From Candidatus Binatia bacterium (GTDB taxonomy: Bacteria > Desulfobacterota > Binatia > Bin18): 64,000 bases of DNA. Under the pieces are notes generated by a model that searched no databases, had not been told where the DNA came from, and saw only the letters and a list, made by a program, of their open reading frames with translations. The DNA lies in NCBI GenBank assembly GCA_963664395.2, contig OY761159.2, forward strand, positions 2,944,001-3,008,000. The letters are read 5' to 3'. The position numbers and the translations under genes were made by a program. Shown here in pieces: positions 47,148 to 57,472 of this stretch; position 1 is the stretch's first letter; each line of letters opens with the position of its first letter.

Positions 47148-48224
47148 TCACGACGCCGCATTCAGACGGCGCAAATTCCGCACAGCCCGGATGCGCTCCT
47201 GGGCCAGGGTAACGGCCAAACGATGGGGCGGGATGTCTCGCTGCTTGGCTTGGGTAAAAATCGTTTTCAGGGTGGAGTAAATCGCTTCGGTTTTGGCCTT
47301 GGCCCGCTCGCGGCGATAGCCGCCGGGACCCAACTCGTCCGCGACGTTAATCAGCCCCCCGGCGTTAATTGCAAAGTCCGGCGCATACAGAATGCCGTGC
47401 GTGTGAATCGCGTCTCCGTCTGCCTCGGTGAGTAACTGATTGTTGGCCCCACCGCCGATAATACGGCAGCGGAGTTGAGGCATCGTCTCCGGATTGAAAA
47501 CGCCACCCGCGGCACAAGGGGCGAGGATGTCGCATTGCTGAGTCAGAATAACGGTCGGATCGACAACCTCGGCGCCCAGTTCGGTCCTCGCCTTGTCGGT
47601 CCGGGCGGTGTCCACATCCGCGACTATCAGCCGCGCCCCGGCTTGGTGGAGGTATTGCGCCAGAGAGTAGCCGACTTTCCCCAGGCCGGGCAGGGCCACG
47701 CTCAAGCCCTGAAATTCGGCCTTGCCATCGGTTTCTTCAAGACACGCCCGCAGGCCACAGAAGATGCCCCAGGCGGTCATGGGGGAGGGGTCTCCGCCGC
47801 CGCCAAACGCCTCCGCCCGTCCGACCCCGAACCGACTCTCGGCCAGGACGTGTTCAATGTCCGCGGTCGTCGTGCCCATGTCTTCGGTTGGAATATAGCG
47901 CCCGGCTAAAGACTCTATGGCGCGGCCCAGCGCCCGAAACACGATCTCTCTATTTGTGACTGTCTGATTGGCGACAACAACCGCCTTGCCGCCGCCATAC
48001 TCCAGGCCGGCCAGGGAGGCTTTATAGGTCATGGCCTGGGAAAGGCGCAGGACATCCGTAACCGCATCATCCTCGCTGGCATACGCCCGCATACGAATAC
48101 CACCCAGGGCGGGCCCTAAGGTGGTATCATGGATGGCAATCAGGGCGGTGAGGCCGGCGTTGCGGTCCGCGCAGAAGACTACCTGTTCGTGGTCTTCTGC
48201 CTGCATGCGTTCAAAGAGTGCCAT
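47148..48224 (-). CDS. Leu/Phe/Val dehydrogenase
   Basis: IHDTTLGPALGG, MTYK, GGGKAV, EDMGT, GLGKVG, ANNQL. Confidence 0.93.
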   Translation of the reverse strand: MALFERMQAEDHEQVVFCADRNAGLTALIAIHDTTLGPALGGIRMRAYASEDDAVTDVLRLSQAMTYKASLAGLEYGGGKAVVVANQTVTNREIVFRALGRAIESLAGRYIPTEDMGTTTADIEHVLAESRFGVGRAEAFGGGGDPSPMTAWGIFCGLRACLEETDGKAEFQGLSVALPGLGKVGYSLAQYLHQAGARLIVADVDTARTDKARTELGAEVVDPTVILTQQCDILAPCAAGGVFNPETMPQLRCRIIGGGANNQLLTEADGDAIHTHGILYAPDFAINAGGLINVADELGPGGYRRERAKAKTEAIYSTLKTIFTQAKQRDIPPHRLAVTLAQERIRAVRNLRRLNAAS

Positions 48225-48234
48225 ACGGCCTGCT

Positions 48235-48540
48235 TCATACAGCGACTAGGACATCGTCGCCATCTACTTTGACCTCATAGGTGTCTTGTTTTTCGTCCGG
48301 GTCTTCACTGTTTTCTCCGGTCGTAACATCGAAATCCCAGGCGTGCCACGGGCAGGTGACCATATTGCCATCCAGCTCGCCTTCGCCTAATGGGCCACCC
48401 TGGTGCGGACAAACATTATCTAACGCGTAGAACGTACCATCGACATTGAAAACGGCTACTTGCTGGTCGTTGACCTCAAAACACCGCCCCTCGCCTGCGG
48501 GGATATCACTCGTCGAGGCCACTTTGACAAAATCGGCCAT
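48235..48540 (-). CDS. Rieske [2Fe-2S] ferredoxin
   Basis: CPHQGG...CPWH. Confidence 0.93.
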   Translation of the reverse strand: MADFVKVASTSDIPAGEGRCFEVNDQQVAVFNVDGTFYALDNVCPHQGGPLGEGELDGNMVTCPWHAWDFDVTTGENSEDPDEKQDTYEVKVDGDDVLVAV

Positions 48541-48634
48541 GCTGTCCTCCTGTGTCTGAAATATCGGCGAATTAAACAAATTACGCTACGGGCCGCAAGG
48601 TTAGTCAAGGGTCGGCCAGTATAGACTGGCGCAC

Positions 48635-48676
48635 AAAAAAGCCCCTGTGTCAGACAGTGAGGACGACACAGGGGCT
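48635..48676 (-). terminator. Intrinsic terminator
   Basis: AGCCCCTGTGTC inverted repeat with a T6 tail on the minus strand. Confidence 0.75.
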
Positions 48677-48698
48677 GTGAGCCATCAACAGGATTCTT

Positions 48699-49007
48699 TT
48701 AGCCGCCGTAGAAGACCTTGTCTCCCAGGTCGGCCATGTGCAGCGTCGCCAGGTCAGCGCGTCCTTCGGGTTGCTTCTGGACAGCCGCATTCACCACTTT
48801 TCCAATAAAAATAGAGTGGTCGCCGTTCTCGACCGTTTGCTCCAACGAGCACTCGACATAGGCCGGGACGCTGGCGAGCACCGGCGCGCCAGTCGTGCCC
48901 GCGCTGTACACCTCGCCGTTAATCTTGTTGCCGTCTTTTTCCGCGGTCAGCACATACAGGCCGTAGGGGATCATACGGAGAGCGGTTTTCTTGGCATCTG
49001 CATCCAT
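48699..49007 (-). pseudogene. Flavin reductase family protein with in-frame internal deletion
   Basis: LRMIPYGLYVLT and GAPVL...EC...GDHSIFIGKV present; the central S-x-x-PP/F-x-(L/V)N segment is missing. Only 102 aa. Confidence 0.7.
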
Positions 49008-49527
49008 CAGTCTTTCTCCCTTTTCTGAAAAATTGTCCCTGCGTTGTATCTGCCCCCTCCCGCGCGTTCAAGTCCGGCCCGTTTGCGCGTCAACCCCGCT
49101 CAGGTATGTAGAACGTGCGTGTAGCTGAAGCCGACTATCTCAGGGAGATAGTCATCGTAATGCAGAAAAGAGCAGAGACTCACACCCGCGCCGGGGTAGA
49201 ATACCAGCCGCATGGTGCCGCGTATTTTGAGCAGCGCCAATTGCGGCGTCACGCCCGAGTCTGGTCGCTCTGGGCGCTGGGTGTACTGATTCGAGACCCG
49301 TGGGTGGGTTGATCAACTCCCGACCGATAACGCCGTCTGCGCTCAACCGTTTGAATAGACTATCGGCTAGGGACTGCTCATTGTGTGGTATGGGCACAGG
49401 AAGGAAGGTATTATGAAGGTAGGCTACTGTTCATAATCTACTTTGCTGAAACACCGAATCCGAGTATCGGGGTTCGGTGTCTCTAAGTTGGACTACTCGA
49501 CACAGATCGACTCACAGGAGGCATAAC

Positions 49528-50334
49528 ATGGTCGATCAGCAACCCGACGCGATAGATCAATCTCAATCGCTACGCAACACGGGCATCGTGTATGTGCTGA
49601 CAAACCCGGAGATGCCGAATTGCATTAAAATTGGCACCACACAAAAGTGGCCGCAACGTATGAAGGAATTAGATGGTACGTCTGTTCCGGTACCGTTTGA
49701 GTGCATGTATGCGGCGCGGGTGCATGACCCAAAAGCATGGGAAAAGACCCTGCATTATGTATTCGAGGACGCAAGAATCAACCCGAAGCGAGAATTTTTT
49801 AGCAAGGACGTTGCTGAAAAGGCGATCCGGATTTTGAAAACGGCGCAGGTCGAGAACGTCTCCTATACCTCAACCGACGTACGTGAGCGCCGTAAGCGCC
49901 TCGAGGAACTCGCAAACAAGCAGAACCGGTTCAACTTCGAAGTACTGGGCATACCCATCGGGGCAGAATTACAATTCATCCACAACAACGTAACCACATG
50001 TACAGTCACCAATCAAAAGCCACCCAAAGTGAATTTCCGTGGCGAGGAACTTCCGTTGTCCCGTGCAACTCACAAGGCATTTGCCTTAGAAGGTCTGTTG
50101 CATCGGAGCCACGAGGATAAAACCGAAGCCAATCCATTCGATGCCATCAACAAGGGCGATCCATTTGATGCTATTTCCCAGGTAGTGAACTGCGCAGAAG
50201 CGCTGTTGTGTTTGAGCTACTACGAGGGGAATGAAACTATGGCTATTGATGAAGCCAACAGCATGCACGATCTCTCTCAAGGGCTGGGATGGTGGAGGTA
50301 TAATGATCTAACCCTGGCAGAACTCTATAGTTAG
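49528..50334 (+). CDS. GIY-YIG (T5orf172/MUG113-like) domain protein
   Basis: GIVYVLTNPEMPNCIKIGTT...R..EL...VPVPF...E..LH...REFF; AGGAGG RBS. Confidence 0.85.
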   Translation: MVDQQPDAIDQSQSLRNTGIVYVLTNPEMPNCIKIGTTQKWPQRMKELDGTSVPVPFECMYAARVHDPKAWEKTLHYVFEDARINPKREFFSKDVAEKAIRILKTAQVENVSYTSTDVRERRKRLEELANKQNRFNFEVLGIPIGAELQFIHNNVTTCTVTNQKPPKVNFRGEELPLSRATHKAFALEGLLHRSHEDKTEANPFDAINKGDPFDAISQVVNCAEALLCLSYYEGNETMAIDEANSMHDLSQGLGWWRYNDLTLAELYS

Positions 50335-50340
50335 AGCGCC

Positions 50341-51420
50341 CTATGGTGAGGAATCAACCTCCACCATCCAGCCGTGTCGGTCGGGCTTCAGGCCGCGCTG
50401 GATGGCGGACAACTCGTCAAACAGGCGTTGGGACAGCGGGCCGACTCGGCCGTCGTTGATGACAATGCTCTCGTCCTTATATGACAGCTCGCTGACCGGC
50501 GAGATGACGGCCGCGGTTCCGGCACCAAACACCTCACGCAACAGTCCATTCCGCGCTGCGGTCAAGACCTCAGCGATGGTAATGGGTCGCTCTGCCACCT
50601 GCATCCCAAAGTCCTGGGCGAGTTGGAGGGCGGAGGCGCGGGTCACGCCTTCGAGGATAGTCCCCGTGACTGGTGGGGTGACGAGCTCATCCCCAATCAC
50701 AAAGGCGATATTCATCGAGCCGACTTCTTCGATGTATTGCTGTTCGACGCCATCGAGCCACAACACTTGGGCAAAACCGTCTTTGTGGGCTTCTTCGCCG
50801 GCAAACAAACTACCGGCGTAATTCCCAGCCGTTTTCGCGGCTCCGGTTCCACCTCGTACGGCCCGCACATAACGGTCTTCAACGCGGATTCGGAGCGGTT
50901 TGAAGCCTTCGGCATAATAGGCGGCAACGGGCGAAAGAATAATAAAGAACTGGTAGGTGTGAGACGGTCGCACCCGCAGGTCGGGATCGCGCGCAAAAGC
51001 AACCGGCCGGATATACAAAGAGGTGCCGGGCGCATGCGGCACCCAGTCCTGGTCCAGTTTCACCAACTGCTTGAGCGCCGAGAGAAAGAGTGCCGGGTCA
51101 ACAGGCGGGATACACAGCCGGGCGGCAGAGCGATTGAAGCGGGCGATATTGCGGTCTGGCCGAAAGAGCAGAATTTTGTCGTCCGGCGAACGATAGGCCT
51201 TGAGGCCTTCAAAGATGGCCTGGGCATAGTGGAGCCCGACGGTGGCCGGTTCCAGCGCAAGCGGACCATACGGTACGATACGTGGGTTGGACCAGCCGGT
51301 ATCTGCAACACCATCCATGAGAAACATATGGTCGGTAAAGACCTGGCCAAAACCGAGTGCGTCGTCTTGCGGTTTGGGTTTGGGCTGACTGCTGTGAGTG
51401 ATGGAAATGTGCATATTCAT
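50341..51420 (-). CDS. ilvE: Branched-chain amino acid aminotransferase
   Basis: LGFG..FTDHM, LHYAQAIFEGLKAY, AKTAGNY, EEVGSMN, GTAAVISP. Confidence 0.96.
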   Translation of the reverse strand: MNMHISITHSSQPKPKPQDDALGFGQVFTDHMFLMDGVADTGWSNPRIVPYGPLALEPATVGLHYAQAIFEGLKAYRSPDDKILLFRPDRNIARFNRSAARLCIPPVDPALFLSALKQLVKLDQDWVPHAPGTSLYIRPVAFARDPDLRVRPSHTYQFFIILSPVAAYYAEGFKPLRIRVEDRYVRAVRGGTGAAKTAGNYAGSLFAGEEAHKDGFAQVLWLDGVEQQYIEEVGSMNIAFVIGDELVTPPVTGTILEGVTRASALQLAQDFGMQVAERPITIAEVLTAARNGLLREVFGAGTAAVISPVSELSYKDESIVINDGRVGPLSQRLFDELSAIQRGLKPDRHGWMVEVDSSP

Positions 51421-51556
51421 GACTCTGATAACTCCCTGCGGGAGGCCGGAGTGTAACAGAGCTGAGAGTGCTATCGAAGCAGGCTCGCGCATTGACTTCG
51501 GCCTGCTCTGCACGCTAGGGTCGGTGCCTGTTTGACGCCGACACAAAGGAGGAAGC

Positions 51557-52111
51557 ATGGCGCGTATTCCCTATCCCAAGGTTGAAGACTTACCGGAAAA
51601 GGTCCGCACCGCCGCGGAAAAGCTCCCACCGCTCAATATCATGAAGATGTTCCTGAATGCGCCGACGAATGCCATACCGCTGTTATCTTTTGGCCAGTCC
51701 ATTTTGACGAAACAAGAGCTGGCCGCCCACCTGCGCGAGCTGGCTATTCTGCGGGTGGCGCATCTGACCGGGGCCAACTATGAGTGGACTCAGCACGTGC
51801 CCATAGCCAAAGAGACGGGTGTCACGGACGCCCAGGTGGACGCCATTCCTCAAGGAGCTGACGGGGCCGGTGCGGACGCTTTCAACGAGGTGGAAAAGCG
51901 CGTGCTCCGTTTTACGGATGAGGTCACCCAAGATGTCAAAGCGTCGGCTGAGACCTTCTCTGCATTAGAGAAGGATTTGGGACCGCGTCAAATGGTCGAG
52001 CTGGCGCTGGCCATTGGTTTCTACGGGATGGTAGCGCGGGTTATGGAATCGTTCGAGGTCGAGTTAGAGCCCACGGCGGGGACGTATTCGATTGATCAGC
52101 TCCGCCGCTGA
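51557..52111 (+). CDS. Carboxymuconolactone decarboxylase (AhpD-like) family
   Basis: LRELAILRVA...YEWTQH. Confidence 0.88.
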   Translation: MARIPYPKVEDLPEKVRTAAEKLPPLNIMKMFLNAPTNAIPLLSFGQSILTKQELAAHLRELAILRVAHLTGANYEWTQHVPIAKETGVTDAQVDAIPQGADGAGADAFNEVEKRVLRFTDEVTQDVKASAETFSALEKDLGPRQMVELALAIGFYGMVARVMESFEVELEPTAGTYSIDQLRR

Positions 52112-52113
52112 GA

Positions 52114-52479
52114 TTAATCGGCCGCGTAAATCCGGGGGACTTTCCAGCGTTCGAAGAAACCGACTTTGGGCTTCTTATCTGCCTTGAGGTCTGCGACATG
52201 GGCATCAATGTCCTGGTACAGCCGGGCAACATCAATCCCGTGCGAGGCGGGCCGAAAGTCTTCGAGCCGCATGAGGGCTTGGGTCAAAAGGTTAATCGCG
52301 CCCTGTGAGCCGCCCCGGTTGAAACGCATGTGGAGGCCCGTGGCTAGGCGGATTAAGGCTTCGTAAAATGGCTTGTCTGCTGCGTCGACTTCATGCCAGA
52401 CCTCTTCGAGCACTTGATGGCTGTCAAAGTATTCCCGACGGTTAAAAAGCCGAACGGCCTGCTTGAGCTTTGGATGCAT
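52114..52479 (-). CDS. DUF309 protein
   Basis: LFN..EYFDSHQVLEEVW. Confidence 0.88.
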   Translation of the reverse strand: MHPKLKQAVRLFNRREYFDSHQVLEEVWHEVDAADKPFYEALIRLATGLHMRFNRGGSQGAINLLTQALMRLEDFRPASHGIDVARLYQDIDAHVADLKADKKPKVGFFERWKVPRIYAAD

Positions 52480-52523
52480 GACGATTATGACAAGAGAGAA
52501 ATTTTGAAAGCGAGGATCATTCT

Positions 52524-53975
52524 ATGCCACTACGCACGGTTGAGCAATACAAAGACAGCTTGAAAGACGACCGGCTGGTCTATTTTCGGGGCCAACGTAT
52601 CCCTGACGTGACCGCGCATCCGCTCATTCAAACCGCCATTGAGCACGAAGCCACCGACTATCGTCTCATGCACGACCCGCAATACCGGGAGCTGGCCGTT
52701 GTCCGGAACCCCGAAACCGGCGAGGAGATGAGCCGCTATTTTCTGCCGCCGCAGAATGCCGAACAACTGCTCAAACGGAGTGAGTTGATTGAAACCGCCT
52801 GTCGAGAAGGCGGGACGCTCGTCGTGCTGGCGAAAGTGGTCGGCAGTGACGCGCTGTTTGGCCTGCTGCGGACCTCCCGGAAAATTGATGAAGCCTGCGG
52901 GACAGCCTACCACCAACGGGTCAAAGCCTTTTATGATTACTGCTGTAAAGAAGATGTCAGCTTTGCTCTGGCTCAAACCGATACCAAAGGCGACCGCGCC
53001 TTACGTCCCTCGGAACAAGAAGACCCGGATGTCTACCTGCGGATTGTTGAAGAACGCCCGGACGGCATTGTAGTGCGTGGGGCCAAGGTCCACACCTCAA
53101 ATACCACCCACGCCAATGAGATGATCGTCCTGCCCACGCGGGCCATGGGCGAAGAGGACAAAGACTACGCGGTCTCATTTGCTATCCCGCTGGATACGCC
53201 GGGGCTCAAGCTGCTGATGAGCGGCTATGGCTCGCACACGCAGCGCAACAGCTTCGATCATCCGGTCAGCTCGGGCGTGAAAATGACGGAAACGCTGACC
53301 ATCTTTGATGATGTGTTTGTGCCCAACGAACGGATTTTCCTCCAAGGCGAATGGCAGTTTGCCGGTCCCTTGGCGCTGTCGTTTGTTGAGTATCATCGCC
53401 TGACCGCGATTTCGTATAAACTGCCTTTCCTGGACCTCTTGGCCGGTGCCGGGCGCTTGATGGCCGAGTATAACGGCATTGAAAAAGCCGCGCATGTCAA
53501 AGAAAAACTGTTTTGGCTGGCGAGCTACGTCGAAACCACCCGCTTGCTGACCCATATGGCGTGTCTGAAGGCACGCGCGACGGACTTTGGGATGGTCATC
53601 CCCGACCCCCCGACCGTGAATATTGCCAAGCATCATTTTGCGGCCGATTTCCACCAAGCCCTGTCGCACGTTCAGGATTTGGCCGGCGGTATTATTGTCA
53701 CCGGACCGGCAGTGGAAGACCTGCGGAGCGAAGAGATCGGACCGTTGATCGAGAAATACATGAAGGGCAAGACGGGCACGTCGGGCAAAGAACGGCTCCA
53801 GGTCATTAATCTGATTCAAGACATCACCACCTCGGACTTTGGTGGTTATAACGCCGTGCTTGCTTTGCACGCCGAAGGCTCCATGGAGGCGGAAAAGATG
53901 CAGCTCTACCGTGAATATGACTGGCAGCGGGTGCGCGATTACGCCAGCAAAATGGCCCGGATTGGCAAGGAATAA
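52524..53975 (+). CDS. 4-hydroxyphenylacetate 3-hydroxylase / 4-hydroxybutyryl-CoA dehydratase family flavoprotein
   Basis: AQTDTKGDR, DGIVVRGAK, FDDVFVPNERIF, HAEGS. Confidence 0.88.
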   Translation: MPLRTVEQYKDSLKDDRLVYFRGQRIPDVTAHPLIQTAIEHEATDYRLMHDPQYRELAVVRNPETGEEMSRYFLPPQNAEQLLKRSELIETACREGGTLVVLAKVVGSDALFGLLRTSRKIDEACGTAYHQRVKAFYDYCCKEDVSFALAQTDTKGDRALRPSEQEDPDVYLRIVEERPDGIVVRGAKVHTSNTTHANEMIVLPTRAMGEEDKDYAVSFAIPLDTPGLKLLMSGYGSHTQRNSFDHPVSSGVKMTETLTIFDDVFVPNERIFLQGEWQFAGPLALSFVEYHRLTAISYKLPFLDLLAGAGRLMAEYNGIEKAAHVKEKLFWLASYVETTRLLTHMACLKARATDFGMVIPDPPTVNIAKHHFAADFHQALSHVQDLAGGIIVTGPAVEDLRSEEIGPLIEKYMKGKTGTSGKERLQVINLIQDITTSDFGGYNAVLALHAEGSMEAEKMQLYREYDWQRVRDYASKMARIGKE

Positions 53976-54007
53976 TATCTGTCTCTGCCCGATATCAGGT
54001 CGGCGCC

Positions 54008-54307
54008 CTACAGAGGCGTAGCTTGCCGGTCTGCGGTCGGCAAGCCGCGGATCATCTTGCCTGCCTGTCGTTCGGCAACCGCCAGGTCAAACTGAGTCTG
54101 AAGGTTCAGCCAGAATTGTGGCTCGACGCCGAACCAGTGCCCGAACCGCAAGGCCGTGTCGCCGGTCACGGCCCGCTTGCCGGCAATAATCTGGCCGACG
54201 CGGTTTGGCGGCACCTTGATCTGACGCGCGAACGCCGTGGGTGTTACGCCCATTTCCGCAAGCTCGTCTTTGAGGATTTCGCCGGGATGAACGGCCCGCT
54301 TCAGCAT
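54008..54307 (-). CDS. higA: HigA antitoxin
   Basis: VHPGEIL...GKRAVTGDTALR...FWLNLQ. Confidence 0.93.
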   Translation of the reverse strand: MLKRAVHPGEILKDELAEMGVTPTAFARQIKVPPNRVGQIIAGKRAVTGDTALRFGHWFGVEPQFWLNLQTQFDLAVAERQAGKMIRGLPTADRQATPL

Positions 54308-54320
54308 GTGGTCCTCCTCG

Positions 54321-54611
54321 TTACCCCTGATGGTAATCAACGATATCGACATCGCTTGGTCCCGGATGTCCATCCGGCCAAGCGAAGCAGAGTCGCCATT
54401 GTCGATTGATCCGAATGGCGTACTGTCCTTTCCGTGCGCCTCTAAGGGCCTCCAGCCGGTTGCTCGGTAAGGCCCTCAAGGTTGCCAACGACGGTGCCGC
54501 GTTCAAGATCGAAAGCCGTTTCGCGGCTTGCATTTCAAAGCTTTGAAACGCCCTGACGAATGCTCCAGCCGCAAACCGCCGGGTTTTTTCGTCTCTGTAG
54601 CTCAGTATCAT
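54321..54611 (-). CDS. higB: HigB (RelE-type) toxin
   Basis: PSNRLEALRG.RKGQYAIRINRQWRLCF.W...VDIVDYH. Confidence 0.93.
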   Translation of the reverse strand: MILSYRDEKTRRFAAGAFVRAFQSFEMQAAKRLSILNAAPSLATLRALPSNRLEALRGARKGQYAIRINRQWRLCFAWPDGHPGPSDVDIVDYHQG

Positions 54612-54749
54612 TCGAGTATGGGCACCAGACTATGACGATAGACGTCAAGCGTCAATCTACTGACGCTGCCGGTCAAGCTTGGCGGGAGTGGCGAAAACCC
54701 GTATTTAGAAGATAAGAGATAGTAAAGAATACGACCAAAGGAGGGGAAT

Positions 54750-56342
54750 ATGAATCGGCACGGAGAAAACATACAACCACAAGCAGAGGCCGGCTGGCAG
54801 CTCACTCGTCTCTCTTCGCCGAGTGCGCTGTTTGGGGCGAACGGTATGCGGATGGGGTCGGATGGGAAACTCTACGTGGTCCAGGCGTTCGGCAGTCAGG
54901 TGAGCAGGGTCGATACCGGGAGCGGTGCGTGTGAAACGATTTCGCCAGTCGGCGGCCCCATTGTTGCGCCGGATGATATTGCCTTTGACTCGCACGATGT
55001 CATGTATGTGACTGAGGTGATGAGCGCGCGGGTCAGCGCCCGAACGCCCAGCGGGGAAGTCCGGGTCATTGCGGATAATGTGCCGGCAGCAAATGGCATC
55101 ACCGCCTACCAGGACCGCTTGTTCATGGACGAATGCCGCCCCGGCGGCCGCCTGTTTGAACTGTATCCGGACGGTCGAGCGCCCCGCGTTATAGCCGAGA
55201 ACCTGCCTTTGCCCAATGCGCTCTCAGTTGGTCCCGATGGCAAGCTGTACTTTCCGCAAATCGCGGCCGGTGAGATTTGGCGTTGCCCGCTCGAAGGCGG
55301 TGCGCCTGAACGCTTTATGGACGGATTTGCTGTCCCGACCGCAGTCAAGTTCGACCGGAACGGCCTGCTGACAACAACTCAGGCCGCCAGCGGAGAAGTG
55401 ACGAAGATTGACATCCAAAGCGGAGAAAAGACCGTTGTCGCGCACGTCCGACCGGGGATCGATAATCTTGTCTTTGCGGATGACAACCGGCTGTTTATTT
55501 CCCACTTTGTGGACGGCGGTGTCGCTGAGATTCAAGCGGATGGAACCGAGCGCGTATTGGTACCCGCCGGTTTACTTGGTCCGTTCGGCATCACGGTGAC
55601 AGGCGACGGGACGGTCTATGCGGCCGACGGCATGAGTATGATCTCCGTCAGCCAAGACGGACGGGTCAGCCGTCCGACGATGTTTACCCAAGAGGGCTAT
55701 CCCGGCTTTATCCGCGGTATTGCCGCCGGTCCGGCTGGCAGCGTGTATGTCACGACCTCAGCCGGCGAAGTCGTCCTGTATAATTTCAGCACGCGCGAGC
55801 CGCAGATTTTGATAAACGAACTCAACGAACTCTATAGCCTCGCGCCGACCCGGGACGGAGGGGTTGTGGTGGCAGAGGGTGGCGAAGGACGACTGCTCAA
55901 GGTGACCTCAGATGGCAATGTCACCGTTCTCGCCCGTGGTCTTGGCCGACCGAACGGCGTTGTCGTGGCTGATGACGGATCGTGCTATGTCAGCGAGCCT
56001 GACAAGGGCCAGGTGTCGCATGTGAATGGCGGCAGCTCAACCGTGGTTGAGGGATTATCGTCACCGCAGGGGCTCGGATTACTCGGTGATCAACTCTTGA
56101 TCCTTGACTCAGGCAGCAAAGATCTCATAGCGGTGTCGCTTGGAACAAAACAGCAACAAACACTTGCTTCCGGCCTGCCGGTCGGCGCCCAGCCTGGCGT
56201 GACACCGCAACTGCTCATGGGGATTGCCGGGCTGATCCAGGGGCCGCTCACACCATTCTCCGGCCTTGCCGTAGGCGGAGACGGTACGGTCTATATTGCC
56301 GCGGATGGTGAGGGGAGTGTGCTGACGTTGAAACGAGCGTAG
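54750..56342 (+). CDS. SMP-30/gluconolactonase-like double beta-propeller
   Basis: Repeated PNG/PDD...DG.LY blades over 530 aa. Confidence 0.8.
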   Translation: MNRHGENIQPQAEAGWQLTRLSSPSALFGANGMRMGSDGKLYVVQAFGSQVSRVDTGSGACETISPVGGPIVAPDDIAFDSHDVMYVTEVMSARVSARTPSGEVRVIADNVPAANGITAYQDRLFMDECRPGGRLFELYPDGRAPRVIAENLPLPNALSVGPDGKLYFPQIAAGEIWRCPLEGGAPERFMDGFAVPTAVKFDRNGLLTTTQAASGEVTKIDIQSGEKTVVAHVRPGIDNLVFADDNRLFISHFVDGGVAEIQADGTERVLVPAGLLGPFGITVTGDGTVYAADGMSMISVSQDGRVSRPTMFTQEGYPGFIRGIAAGPAGSVYVTTSAGEVVLYNFSTREPQILINELNELYSLAPTRDGGVVVAEGGEGRLLKVTSDGNVTVLARGLGRPNGVVVADDGSCYVSEPDKGQVSHVNGGSSTVVEGLSSPQGLGLLGDQLLILDSGSKDLIAVSLGTKQQQTLASGLPVGAQPGVTPQLLMGIAGLIQGPLTPFSGLAVGGDGTVYIAADGEGSVLTLKRA

Positions 56343-56396
56343 ACACATTCGCGAGGGACGGTTGACGCCGTCCCTCGGTCAGGTCGCAGACTGCGT

Positions 56397-57377
56397 TTAC
56401 GGGACTTCCAGAATAATTTTGCCGAAATTTTTATTATCCTCCATGTATCGATGCGCCTCGCTTGCCTGTTCCAATGGAAAAGAACAATCAATAACAGGCT
56501 TGATCTTTCCTGCGCTTAAAAGCGGCAGCCAGTTCTCTTGAAAGCGGCGGGTGATGTCAATTTTATCCGCCAGGGTCCGACTGCGTAGAACAGAGCCAAA
56601 CACCTGGAGTCGTTTTCTCAGAATCAGTCCCAGATTCGTCTCTACTGTGACTCCACCCATCACACCGACGAGGACGATCCGCCCGCCAATAGTGAGACTT
56701 TTGAGATTCTTGTCCCAATACGCAGCCCCAATAAAATCTTCTATGACATCAACGCCCTTTCTGCCTGTGACCTCTTGAATCCACTCGGTGAAGTCCTGCT
56801 CTTTGTAGTTGCAGCCGGCAGTCGCGCCGAGGTCCACACAGCGTTGGATCTTTTCGGCTGAACCTGCTGTGACCAGCACGGCTGCACCGGTCTCGCGGGC
56901 CATCTGAATCCCGGCTGTCCCGACGCCGCTCGCCCCGGCATGAATCAGGATGGTTTCGCCCCGCTTCAGACCGGCCAGGGTAAAGATCGTTTCTTGCGCG
57001 GTGAAATACACTTCCGGGACAGCCGCGGCCTGCGTGAAGCTCCAGCCCTCGGGAATCGGCATAGCCATGCGGGCATCAATAACCGCCTTTTCTGCGTAGC
57101 CGCCCCCGCCGACCAGACCGAAGACACGCTCGCCTACTGCAATATTGGTCACTGCCGAGCCCACGGCCTCCACTTCGCCGGCGAGTTCGAGTCCGAGGAT
57201 ATCGGACTCACCCGGCGGCGGTGGGTATTGGCCTTGGCGTTGTAGCGTATCCGCCCGGTTCAGGGCGGTTGCACGCACCCGAACAAGAACCTGTTCAGGT
57301 GTTGGCGTTGGATCAGGGGCTTGGCCCAGCTTGAGGACGTCCGGGCCGCCTGGTGCTGCAATGGTAATGGCTTGCAT
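56397..57377 (-). CDS. NAD(P)H-quinone oxidoreductase, PIG3 family
   Basis: NRAD..QR.GQYPPPPG, GGGYAE, HAGASGVGTA, GKIIL. Confidence 0.93.
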   Translation of the reverse strand: MQAITIAAPGGPDVLKLGQAPDPTPTPEQVLVRVRATALNRADTLQRQGQYPPPPGESDILGLELAGEVEAVGSAVTNIAVGERVFGLVGGGGYAEKAVIDARMAMPIPEGWSFTQAAAVPEVYFTAQETIFTLAGLKRGETILIHAGASGVGTAGIQMARETGAAVLVTAGSAEKIQRCVDLGATAGCNYKEQDFTEWIQEVTGRKGVDVIEDFIGAAYWDKNLKSLTIGGRIVLVGVMGGVTVETNLGLILRKRLQVFGSVLRSRTLADKIDITRRFQENWLPLLSAGKIKPVIDCSFPLEQASEAHRYMEDNKNFGKIILEVP

Positions 57378-57472
57378 ACGGGGTATTCCTTATTCTATCC
57401 CCTCCTTGGAGGGGTGGCCGTAGGCCGGGGTGGGTTCCTGAATCGTCCGAAACCCACCATTTAATCGCTCGG

